NCBI RefSeq assembly: GCF_964355755.1
Contig: NC_092671.1
Span: 39,814,304 to 39,878,303 of the forward strand
Length of the DNA: 64,000 nucleotides
From: Antedon mediterranea
Taxonomy: Eukaryota; Animalia; Echinodermata
Direction: 5' to 3'
Shown here: positions 22,980 to 34,320 of the stretch, piece after piece
How the letters are laid out: each line of letters begins with the position of its first letter
How positions within the stretch are numbered: the first letter of the stretch is position 1
Program-made: the position numbers and the translations under genes
Notes under the pieces: generated by a model
Database searches by the model: none
Seen by the model: only the letters and a program-made list of their open reading frames with translations
Told to the model about the DNA's origin: nothing

Positions 22980-25872
22980 TTAGACAGAAAACCAATTATT
23001 GAAAAATAGGCTAAGGCTACATTTGTAATGATGTATGTGTAAATTTATAGTTAGTTTAAAGTATATATTGTGGCAGTAGTAGTGCAGAGCAGTGAGTCAT
23101 CAAAGACACGACTGGAGAAGGGTAAAGCCCGCTTTTAATATCCTGTTATGAGCACTTCAATCACGGTGACGCGGCAGGCTTACTGACGACGACGCTGGGA
23201 AATCCAGGGGATTGCAAATCCCAGGAATTACAAAACCTGGCATGAATCTTGGAAAATGAGTGTGGAAAAATGTGCCAAGGAAAGGTACAAATGCGAAAGT
23301 ACTTTTAGATGTATTTTCGTCGGTGACATCATAGAGAAATATCGACATTCTTTTAATGATTTTCTGATGACATTTTTGATTTGTATGTTACATGTTCTTT
23401 TTGTAAACCATTTTACGTTTCATTGTTGTTATTATTGATTATTATCTTTTCTGATTTTGAAGGAAATAAATGTTTATTTTGATTTTATATTTTATACCGC
23501 ACGAGTTCGATTCAGAATTACGATGGTAAAATTGTGGCGCAATTCTTTAATACATCAGATGGCTCGGATATAATATGCAGGCACTCCTTTTTTTCCTGAC
23601 GATTTTTACGCAATAATAAATAGTTTTAATTCCGGTTATTTCGACACAAAGCGCACACTTATCACGTAACCATTTTAAGTGACTCATTATGAAACTGAGA
23701 ATCAAAACTTAGTCCAAGGCCTATACGCCTAAATGCAATAAAACAAATAATAATAGTATAGTACATTTTGTTGGCAGTTTATCAGTAGGCCTATGCTGTT
23801 TAATGCCTTTCACTATCGGTTGGCGCCTGTCATGTGTTGGGCTTTTAAATTGCCGCCAAATATAACGCCCTTTTCAATCTTCGGACAACAGAGGCAATGT
23901 CCGTTATTTTCTTAATCGGCACTCGCATTAAAAAACCTCACAGTGATAATTGAAAAGTTTCACAAGTGCATTGGGCAGTTAAAAGGTGTTAAAGTGTGTT
24001 TTTAACAGAAGCAGGACAAATGAGCACATCCCACAAGTTGTGGTCAACAGCCTCATACTCGTGACTTGAATACATCACGTGTGATGTGCACGATAATTAC
24101 ATCTTCCAGTAAAATTAAACGGGTCATTGATGACGTCATGGATAACTTAAAACATGAGTGCGCTACACGTCATTGTTGACGCTGTTTTGTTGAACGATTA
24201 GTTTCGCGAACGCTTTAATAATTAACATTAATAAATATTATTAAATAATAATTAACAATAATAATTAATATTTATTTCGAAACGTTTATTTTTGCCGCAA
24301 TTAGTTCAAATATAGATGTTTAAATACAACTTTTATTTGTTTTGGTAGTGTTTAAAGCATCTATAATTGTACAAATTTATAATTTCTAAGAAATAGAACG
24401 AATCATTTATTTTGACAAGTTTCCCAGTACAAACAGCACAAAACATTTTTCAGTTCGTCTAGTTATTCCAGCCGCCAGACGCCCAGTTGTCTGCTGTAGG
24501 AGCTTCTTAGTTGCAAGTTATATCCCAGTTAAGATTGTCAATTCAATCGCTGACAGAAATGTTGATCTATACGTCAAAAATAGTATATGAATAACGTATT
24601 AATCTGTTGACAGGACTTGAAACACTCCGTCAATGATGTATGTAAGTGTAGTAACCTGAATAGTTTCAAATAACAACGTATTTATTAATTCCTCTTTCTG
24701 TTATTACTTTGCATTTTGTATATCATCAGGTTTGGGTAAACGTGTTTTGCGTCATCAAACTGCGTGTGTAACGTTCTATAAACGCGTCCTCATTCACATA
24801 AAGAGCACCGGCCGTTACCCACCATGTTTACCACAGCCTGATTAGGTCAGCCTGTTCACCCCGTTTTTATGTCCCAGATAGAATTATGTCCCCACAATCA
24901 ATTAACTTAAAAAGTGCAAGTCATGATTGTAATCAATTATTTATACCATATGCTTTACTCTGTAGCATCACTAACTTAGGTTTAAATATGTTTCATTTAT
25001 TTCAACCTATTCAAAGCAAAACAGTCTTTTAAAAAAGTTTAGAAAAGTTTTGATTAACAGAGGGCGCTACACAATTTAGTACTGCATAATCCATTTTCTA
25101 AAACTTGGTTTTTTGACCTTCAAAATTAAACATAATTCATTTCGACGAATTTTCAGAGACGATAGTCTGTACCACACAATTGAATTAAGTGTTTCATTCA
25201 CATTCTATCATTCTGTATGTCAAGAAACCTTAAAAAAAAAAAAAGTATAAGTCAATCTTGAAATAAATGTCTTTCATTAGAGTCACATGATATAAATCAG
25301 CCAATGTATTTTTTAATACTTCTTACCATACAGCCTGAGTAGGAAATTAATACTTCTTACCATACATTCTGAGTAGAAAATTAATACTTTTTACTTCCAC
25401 ATTGTTATGGAAAATAGCACAAACAATAACACTTATAAGGATGTATTCACATCCATAAACATGCAGTTATAAATCTTTACTTACTGGGTGGAAATATGTT
25501 GGACATACAGTAATAAATATCTTCTTTTCTTTTTCTATGATAAATAACATCTCTATACTGTTTTTGATAATGAATATTCATACTAAATATATGAATGATC
25601 ATTTTTAAAACTAACAAATTTAAATTTATTTATGTAAATATTGTAAATACTAAATATATGAATGGTCATTAAAACTGAAATACTGTATTAAAAATGTATT
25701 TAAGTAAATATGGTAAAAGTACGTTCTCACAGATACACAACTTGGTTGTTGATCCCGTTCGCGCAAAAATCCACGACCATGCTTTACTCAACTCCAATTT
25801 GGTGACAGTATTGTTAGTCAGAATACTTAGCAAGTTACAGCACTCCTGAGGGGATTATGTTTACTTTCTGAT

Positions 25873-26039
25873 TCATTCGGGAGACGGCCAAAAGGCAAGA
25901 CATATTGACGGCATGATGAGAGCAGTAAACAAAGATGAAAACATATTCACTCCGTTGTTGTCCAGCACAGGTACACCAGAAATATGTTTTGTGGAATCAG
26001 ATGGGAAATCTACAACAATTCGTTTGTCATCACAAAATC
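25873..26039 (-). CDS. TMEM19: TMEM19 last coding exon
   Basis: Reads FCDDKRIVVDFPSDSTKHISGVPVLDNNGVNMFSSLFTALIMPSICLAFWPSPE* (LDNxxVN motif). Joined CDS is 993 nt = 330 aa. Confidence 0.93.
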
Positions 26040-26235
26040 CTGAAAATAAAAAGAAAAAAATGAGTAATATACATGTGTGATACCACAGCGTTGGTCCAGT
26101 TTTTTTTTTTTTTTTTTGGTACCATGAAATAAAAACAACAAAACAATATACATTATGGGGGAGGGGGTGCTATTATAGTGGTGGATTTGTAAAAATTTGT
26201 TTACAGAAATCAGTCACCTCTGTGCTTAAATCAAA

Positions 26236-26375
26236 AGCCTTGTCTACACTATGAAACTTTATGTGACAACAAAATGTGATGTGCCTATATATTGAAATGA
26301 TGATATCATAGCACTACCATATATAAGCACCTTACATTTTTTTAACACATAAACTTTGATAGTGTAGACTAAGCT
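26236..26375. mobile_element. MITE family A copy (TMEM19 intron 5)
   Basis: Degenerate TIRs TGTCTACACTATGAAAC / TTTGATAGTGTAGAC with the family interior. Confidence 0.78.
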
Positions 26376-27154
26376 TAAAAGAGTATTTCTATATTAATAT
26401 CTATGTAATAATGCACATGATTGTTTTGTTTAATGTCAATACCTTTTGTTGTTTACACTAAAAGTCCTTGAGATGTAAATTTATAATTATAAACAGGATT
26501 ATTTTTACATCCTATGATTTGACTCACTTGGGTGTGGGGTTGATAAAAATAAAAGATAAAAAATATTAAAATCATTAAAAAAAACCTTGGAACTTAAAAG
26601 GTCATAGATGAGCAATGCAAATTGGTCCTTAGCTTAAGATGGGATACTTAACAATTTAAGACTACTTGGTCTAAAATAGAATTACAAAATATCGTATTCT
26701 AGAATGTAATCAGTGTAAAACAGTGTAGAGTGTCATCATTTTTATTCGTCCTTTTTGAATTAAATTAAGACATCAGTTAGTCATAAAGTAGTTTTGGAAT
26801 ATTATCATCGATCAAGAATGGTACAATACAGTTCTTTTTGCTTTGTTTTTTTTGTATGATGACTGATAAATATGACGAAATAAAATTTAATTAAGTTTGA
26901 AGTAAATGCACCAGATGCCCTGATACCAATGCTTCTAAATTGACCCTTCATACTGACTCATCCCCGCCATTGGGTTATTTTGTGTGCATAAGTCTTACAG
27001 ACCCGGTCTTGACCCCTGATTGACGTTTAACCTGGATCATCTCCAGGGGTAATTCGTCAAGGGACCACGGTGTGAGAAGAATCACAGACCAGTATTATAA
27101 GTGACATTAACGTGTTGGTCAGGTTTTAACACTGTAAACATAATGTATATCAAT

Positions 27155-27200
27155 CTGCAGAGAGTAATGTTTCGATCTTATTAGATCTCGTCAGTGCAGC
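27155..27200 (-). ncRNA. Minimal type I hammerhead ribozyme motif (degenerate stem III), probably in a Penelope-like/retrozyme remnant
   Basis: Minus strand reads CUGCA-CUGACGA-GAUC-UAAUAA-GAUC-GAAA-C-AUUACU-CUC-UGCAG: core boxes, 4-bp stem II and 5-bp stem I are all present. Confidence 0.7.
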
Positions 27201-27611
27201 TCAGTATTATATATCCTACTGTATGTATTTTGTGTTTGTTTATGTGTGTACCTTTTATTTATGAATTCACCAATAGTTATTGAGAGTTTCACCAATATTT
27301 AAATAAATAATAAAGCAAAAATAAGACGTGAGTGCTGAAGCATTTTAGGAAGAGTGAAGTACATAAGATCTGGTAAAATTTCTCAGGTTAATCCTTTAAA
27401 GTAAAAACAAAATGAACACTTAGTAAAGATTTTGTACCAAATATTATTTTTAGAACAAGTAAGGGAACATGTTTGAATACTGTACAATGGATAGAGAGTT
27501 CTTTTTTGCTTCTCACATACTGTGATATTATTGGTCCTCACCATTTTCAACCCAGTGTATGATCTTGTAGTGTGTTTTGACAGTACTAAATTACATGGAG
27601 TACTTACGTAC

Positions 27612-27827
27612 CAGAATATTGCAAAGTAGCACCAAGGAAGGAGTCGATGAGTGAGCCTAGCAATCCAGCAACAGCACCAAATAAGATGACAGGCCACTGG
27701 TATACAGTCACTTCCTGTGTGGGCAGTAACAAGGAAAGATATAACCCAATGTAGAAAGCTAGGCCTACAGCTAAACCACCAAGAAAACTGGCAGCTAGGC
27801 CAATCAGGGACACTGCTCCATTTGTAC
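27612..27827 (-). CDS. TMEM19: TMEM19 exon 5
   Basis: Reads TNGAVSLIG...GLLGSLIDSFLGATLQYSG, with the DUF92 GTNG and DSxLGATLQ motifs; 216 nt. Confidence 0.95.
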
Positions 27828-27996
27828 CTGTAAAATAAAAAAGTTAATAATTAAAAATATTAACACCAAACAATTTGTAACAAAACATGATAGATAATTT
27901 GTGTTAAAGTTTATCCAAACAGTTTATAAAGACTTAAAAAGTATCGTAAAGGACGTATTTATTTCCTAAAAATTGCATTGCTGTTAGAAAACTTAC

Positions 27997-28251
27997 CCCT
28001 AGGAACTCTTGCCCACGTTGTAATAAGCTTTGGTTGAATTGGGCCTAGCACACTGCCAATCTCTGAGGCTAGTGTGTCACCACTGCAGCATGCAATAGCA
28101 GACATCACTGCAATTGATAGCCATGTGGCGTTATAGTCATTGCTAAAATCTAAAAGCTTCTCCTGAAAGCCTACACCGAGGGCATACAGCAGACCAAAAT
28201 AGGCCGCAATACCACCATTTGCTATTACTTGTATAAAATTGCGTTTTCCTT
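27997..28251 (-). CDS. TMEM19: TMEM19 exon 4
   Basis: Reads GKRNFIQVIANGG...ACCSGDTLASEIG...PKLITTWARVPRG, with the DUF92 signatures RNxxQVxxNG and DTxASEIG; 255 nt. Confidence 0.95.
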
Positions 28252-28291
28252 CTGTGAAAATAACATTTTTTTAATGCATTTTAAATTCATA

Positions 28292-28428
28292 AGCCCTGTC
28301 TACACTTGAAAAAAAAAAGTGTGATGTGCCCAAATATGGTAGTGATATACACAAATACGGTAGTGATATGACATCATTATTTTTGACATTTGTTTTGTCA
28401 CATCAAGTTTGATAGTGTAGACAGAGCT
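28292..28428. mobile_element. MITE family A copy (TMEM19 intron 3) seeding a tandem array
   Basis: AGCCCTGTCTACAC ... GTTTGATAGTGTAGACAGAGCT with the family interior. Confidence 0.83.
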
Positions 28429-28990
28429 TTATTTTGTCTAGGATTGTCAAGTTGATAGTGTGGACAGAGCTTTACTTTGTCTAGGATTGTCAAGTTGATT
28501 GTGTAGACAGAGCTTTACTTTGTCTAAGATTGTCAAGTTGACAGTGTGGACAGAGCTTTACTTTGTCTAGGATTGTCAAGTTGATAGTGTGGACAGAGCT
28601 TTACTTTGTCTAGGATTGTCAAGTTGATAGTGTGGACAGAGCTTTACTTTGTCTAGGATTGTCAAGTTGATAGTGTGGACAGAGCTTTACTTTGTCTAGG
28701 ATTGTCAAGTTGATAGTGTAGACAGAGCTTTACTTTGTCTAGGATTGTCAAGTTGATAGTGTAGACAGAGCTTTACTTTGTCTAGGATTGTCAAGTTGAT
28801 AGTGTGGACAGAGCTTTACTTTGTCTAGGATTGTCAAGTTGATAGTGTAGACAGAGCTTTACTTTGTCTAGGATTGTCAAGTTGATAGTGTAGACAGAGC
28901 TTTACTTTGTCTAGGATTGTCAAGTTGATAGTGTGGACAGAGCTTTACTTTGTCTAGGATTGTCAAGTTGATAGTGTAGACAGAGCTTTA
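28429..28990. repeat. 43-bp minisatellite made of the MITE A right TIR plus flank, about 13 units
   Basis: Unit AAGTTGATAGTGTRGACAGAGCTTTACTTTGTCTAGGATTGTC, repeated almost perfectly. Confidence 0.95.
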
Positions 28991-29180
28991 GATGCAATAA
29001 ATTGAAGCTCCGTTGTTTCTTTCATTCCATTCTCTTGTCTGGTTTTCTCATACTATTTCAACATTCGCCATTTAGTACAATTTGAATTCTTGAATTGTAA
29101 ATTATTTATGTAATATTTCATAGAACAGAAATACTATACTATTTTTAAAAAAAGTAATCTAATTAATATTATCAATTTAC

Positions 29181-29324
29181 CTGTATTATCTTCAACATCT
29201 TCAAATATGGATTTCTTGACTTCTGTTTTATATTTAGTAGCTTTTGAACCAATAATAAAGAATGTACTAAGTGCACAAAAGAAGGAGTAGTTCGACAACA
29301 TCAAAATGAATCCAATTAGAAAAC
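29181..29324 (-). CDS. TMEM19: TMEM19 exon 3
   Basis: Reads FLIGFILMLSNYSFFCALSTFFIIGSKATKYKTEVKKSIFEDVEDNT; 144 nt, phase 1-1. Confidence 0.9.
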
Positions 29325-29376
29325 CTTCAACAAAATAATACATTTAGTAATAACAGGGTCTGATAAAAATACTTAA

Positions 29377-29923
29377 AGATGTATTGTCCCTTGAAACACA
29401 AAAAAATGAAGGTCAAAATATTCTAAATTTAAAGTGGCCATATCAAAGTAATATTAAAGTTATTCACTTTAAGTCGAAAATTTGAGCCAAAAACAACAAG
29501 TTTACGTAATTAACAGGTAAATTAGCTTGATTACATTTCATCTGGAAAATCGTCACGAGCGAAAGTAAACAAAGATTTCAAACCATGAGTACGCATTATG
29601 CATATGCTAAATTAGGATTGTTTACAACTCGTCACAGTTAAGAAGGTATTTTCACACAGATCATGAGGAAGTTTTATGATTATGCATACAGAGTAGCCAA
29701 ACAAGCGCGTTTCATTATGGGATATGTTTTGATTGAAAACTTTGACTGGAAGTCAAAGTTATTTTTTTAACAAAAAAACGTCTGTATTTCAGTTAATTTT
29801 TTTTTTTTCCGAAAACTTTTTGGTGATAGTTAATAAATATTATGATACTTCAAAATGACCCACCTTTTTTCGAAATCTATTATTTTTTATTTTTTTGGAA
29901 TTAGTCAAAGGGACAATACATCT
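29377..29923. mobile_element. Kolobok-type non-autonomous DNA transposon
   Basis: Perfect 16-bp TIR AGATGTATTGTCCCTT / AAGGGACAATACATCT, flanked by TTAA on both sides. TTAA TSD with RR...YY termini is the Kolobok pattern. Confidence 0.8.
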
Positions 29924-30139
29924 TTAAAATTGAAATGTAACTAAAGTAATAAACATTTTTTTTATCTATACACCAATACAAAATTCTATGCAACACACTT
30001 CATTTCTTCTATAAAAAAATGCTTTAAGATTTCAGACTAGGTTGTTTGTTTAAATTTCAGAAACTTTATTCAGAATTTATAATTGTTTCATTTAAAACAT
30101 TTCATATTTCAAGTCAGTAGAAGAGTTGTTTTATTTTAT

Positions 30140-30245
30140 CCATTTATTTATTTATTTCAACAATATTTTACGAGGGTGGTCCATCCAGCCGAAGCTGATC
30201 ATTAGAGACCCACACAAAAATACAATATGACAAGATATAAACATT
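30140..30245 (-). mobile_element. 5'-truncated retroelement 3' tail ending in (TAAA)n; sister copy at 45585-45692 (+)
   Basis: About 100 bp near-identical in opposite orientation at the two sites (AATGATCAGCTTCGGxTGGATGGACCACCCTCGTAAAATATTGTTGAAATAAATAAAT). Confidence 0.7.
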
Positions 30246-30300
30246 AAAAATTCAATTATGGAAAGAACAATTAATGAAGATATTAAATAATATTGATTAC

Positions 30301-30414
30301 CTACTACTGCCCCTCCATTAGTAATACTTTTCCTTCTCAGGCCACCACTTGCCATGTACAGAGGAATTAAGATTGAAAACAGCCATTTCCAAGGAGAGAT
30401 GGGTTGAAAACCAC
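30301..30414 (-). CDS. TMEM19: TMEM19 exon 2
   Basis: Reads GFQPISPWKWLFSILIPLYMASGGLRRKSITNGGAVVG, with the PISPWxWLFS and RKS motifs of TMEM19. AG/GT bounded, 114 nt. Confidence 0.92.
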
Positions 30415-30909
30415 CTGAAAAAAGAAACAACAATTCTGATTGATGGTAGTGCTACAAATGGAGGTACATACAGATGAAGGAGAGGACGAGAATACAATTA
30501 AATTTCAATTAAAATAGGCCTAGCCTCTAGGCCTGTATGTGTGTAGGCTGTTCTGCTAGCTAGCCCTCTACTAGTTAGCTAGAGAGGATAGATAGGCTAG
30601 TATTACTATTACTATTTAGTAACTAGGGCCTAGGCCTAGTTCGGTTTCTTTTTTGGTAGAATGCCTAAACTACAGTAGGCAAAGACTGTCTCATCTTCTG
30701 CCTCTTAGGCCTAATCTTCTAGGCCTAGGTCGTTTCGCCCTAAATATTCTGCAATTGATTTAGGAGGGAGAACCGATCACTGGACCAGGAAATGTAGACA
30801 AACTTAGTTAGACTATTAAGAGGCCTAGCTAATTATTAGTAGTCTAGGCTCTAGAAGGCCTACATGTCAACATAAAAGAAGTCTTTCTTCTTCTTCATCT
30901 GGTACTTAC

Positions 30910-31006
30910 TACTATCTCCAAAGTATGTGAATGAAACAATCGAAAAGGCCCATAATGATAGTGCAATTGGAATCAAAACGGTCAAAAGAACCGCTATAAC
31001 AACCAT
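30910..31006 (-). CDS. TMEM19: Transmembrane protein 19 (DUF92), exon 1
   Basis: Reads MVVIAVLLTVLIPIALSLWAFSIVSFTYFGDS (hydrophobic N-terminus); donor A|GTAAGT at phase 1, matching exon 2. Confidence 0.85.
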
Positions 31007-31130
31007 GCTTTTTCCCAGAGTGTTATGTCATGTGACTAATGACGTAATATTGCAAAATCTACGAGGACCCAGAGAGTACATTTTCAAACGCGAAAACCAA
31101 GTAATACAGTAGACACTTTGCCTCCTCTAA

Positions 31131-31309
31131 AGCTTGGTTCCCACTAGAACGTAACGCAAGGACGTAAACGCAACGCAAGCGTTTTAACCAATGACAAGCG
31201 AAGTTAAAGACGGTTAGCAATCACAAGCGAATAAGCCATCGCTTGTGATTGGTCAATTCACTTGCGTTGCGTTACGTCCTTGCGTTGCGTCGCTAGTGGG
31301 AACCACGCT
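31131..31309. mobile_element. MITE family B (foldback, TIR AGCTTGGTTCCCACTAG) just upstream of TMEM19
   Basis: AGCTTGGTTCCCACTAG ... CTAGTGGGAACCACGCT; long inverted arms with ACGCAA repeats and CAATCACAAGCGA / TCGCTTGTGATTG. Confidence 0.85.
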
Positions 31310-34300
31310 TTAGGCCTATCTTGGACACACCTATATTCTTCATGATCAGGAGACACTTTCCTTTGGTACACAATATGTTAATACTACAGCAAACTTGTTT
31401 TCTGGGGACAGTTTTTTAGATTTTACATTATTATTTATATCATGGACAAACAAATGAATACATATGTACAGCAACTTACTGTAGAATGGTACATTCATTT
31501 CTATCCCACCAGGAACAGTGACGTAGAATTTCAGCAAGCGCCATTACGATGTATTCATTAAGCTATAAGATAGTCATAATTCTTGTAAATTAAACACTGA
31601 AATCACATAATAAACAAATCAGAAACATGTCATCATTTTCATTGGGTTAAACCCGTTTTATTGCCCGTCCTACCGTCACAAATTGACAGACCAACATTTT
31701 CTTTTTTACAACTATCTATCTTCAAGTACAGTCCACAAATTTACACATCTTTTGCATGGATACGTAATTCCGAAAATATTCTGTATTCACATTTTGAACC
31801 TAAATTTACATATTATGCAGTGCCCTCTGGTAGGACATGGTATAATTTCAACTATGCAGTATAATTAGAATTCCATAAAATTTTCGGTAAAATGTATCAA
31901 CACAGCCGGCCTAAATATAAATAAGGTATATTTTGCAATAATCTTTTCAATTTCATAACAATTAATAAACATATATCAATAAATAAGACAATTAGAATGA
32001 CAATTCTCTCTTCCATTTCGTAAGCTCTTTCTAAAGCTAAACATGCACAGACATGCCTACAGTAAACTCAACTCAACACATTAACACCAAAATTACCCAA
32101 ACAAAGCACCACCTAATAAAAATTAAATTTTAAAAAGTTGTGTACTATTATAATGGCTGTTTAAATATTGTAATTGTATAATAACTGCATACAACTAGTT
32201 GGAAACGATGTGTACATATGAGAGTAATGACAAATATAGCATTAAGATTCACATTCTCTTGTTGATTACACTATCATCACAAGATATTCACCTAAACACA
32301 CAATATGAAATTCTATCTGTTTTACATCAATAACAACCATATAACACAATTTATAATAAAACATATTGTTAATTATTACAATAGCTTCCGAGCATTTTTA
32401 TACCACAAATAGACATTATAAATCTATATATATATATAATTTATGGAAACTTACTTATGGAGTGCCTGTTTGGACTGAATATGTTTTGAAATTTAAAAAT
32501 TGGAATTCCATGTTTATTTATAATATTGGTTTAAGAAAATGGGGTGTTGTGATGTTAGGGAATGCAGTGCTAAATATCGGGCAACAACAACACACGACAT
32601 CTCAAATCTCTAGAATTAAACCATCGCTCAACCCACAATAGATACTCTCTTCCTGCAACTAAAGCAGAAACAAATATAGCTTTAATACATTACAAAATAT
32701 ACAGTTTTATCGCGGATCGAAATGATTTAAATATATATACAAACATCCTCACAAAAGAATCTATTAAATGACCATATAATAAACCACATTTTTCAGTTAG
32801 GTTGCTTCTTACTGGCTCGCCATAGCATAAAAAATGCTCTATAGGCTCATTGCACAAAGCAACCCCTTACTGATCCCTAGCATGGTAGTCACTTTTCATC
32901 ATTTATTTAAACAACTCACAGTTAACTAAATTGAATTGCACGTGTACAGTGTATGAGTTGCTAATGTAATTTATAATCTTCAACTTAGTCTTGTTCACAT
33001 CCATACTCAATCATTATCTTTCAAAACAATGTTTAACTAAAATTTTAACGCACAAATACATTTTTTTTTTTTCTCGTACATTGTAGTTTTATAAAAATAT
33101 GTTTTTTTTAATTTATTATTTCTTTCCTAATTGCTGGAAAGTCACACAACTTGTTGGTCAAAAAAGGCACAATACATTAACACCTGAGTATCATAGAAAA
33201 ATGAAACAGTAATGTAGTTAAGAGTATGGGAACCCAAAGGTGCCTCCTTCTTGAGTAATGAAACATTAGTAGTATCCTCAATACTGTTTCAATCTGAAAC
33301 ATGTGGGTAAAGTGTATTGAATTAAGGATTGGTTCACACTATAGAAATCCAAATTTAATCGTTCACATGAGCATCATATGAGATAAACAATGTAAATCCA
33401 AAGTATACTCCAACATTAAGCAAGAAGAAAACCACTTTGAAATCTAGCGCTATCATAATATGATAATTTACGGATTGTACAGTAAACACAATAATACTGA
33501 TGTTATGAAATTCTTATATCGAATATAAACATATTTCTGAAAATATATGAATGGTCTGGATCTGTGACCAATAATTAAACAACCAATTAAAAGGACTGAC
33601 ACATTGAATTATTAATTCTAAAACCAATTTTGATTGGTTAATATGATTGGCCAGCAATCTTAGACGTGGTTTTTATGAAAGTAGAAAATATGATTGAAAT
33701 ATGTAATCTTATCAGTTTAAAAAAGATTGACTCAAAGCATCTATGTTCTATGTAAACATCCATCCACCAAACATTAGTTAATACATTTTCTATGAAGTTA
33801 AAAACACTTTCTTCTATAAGGTCAAATTGTTTTACAGGGATTTCCTCTAGTAAGTTACGATATGTGTAGTCAATAAAGAGAAAGTACACCAAAACAAATA
33901 ATTAAGTTTTTAAGCACCGGTAAATAGCCTAGAGGTACAATATTAAGTAATAATTGAGTTTTAATAACAGAAGGTAGTATACATGGTATAAGGTAAGGTA
34001 TAAGATATGTGGAAGTATCCAAGTTACTTGGGACAATCTACCACAAAACATCAACAGATATCAATAGGATAAGATAAAACTACAACAATCAACCGACAAT
34101 TTAGGCAAAATTAGTACACCATACATATGTTAAAATGATTCCAAGTTTGTTTTATTTTTTGACAAATAATGCCTCCCATACTTAATCGAATTTTAACCTA
34201 TGTTTAGCAAACAATTTCTCTGTCCCACATGATAATTCCAAATATTAAACCTTCTACAATTTTTCATTAAACTTCTTTTAACATGGTTACAAATGATAAC

Positions 34301-34320
34301 TTAATCTCACACTTTAATTC

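Noticed and set aside
23183-23216. Second hammerhead candidate (CTGACGA...GAAATCCAGGGGATT)
   Set aside because: Stem III can form but stems I and II do not pair.
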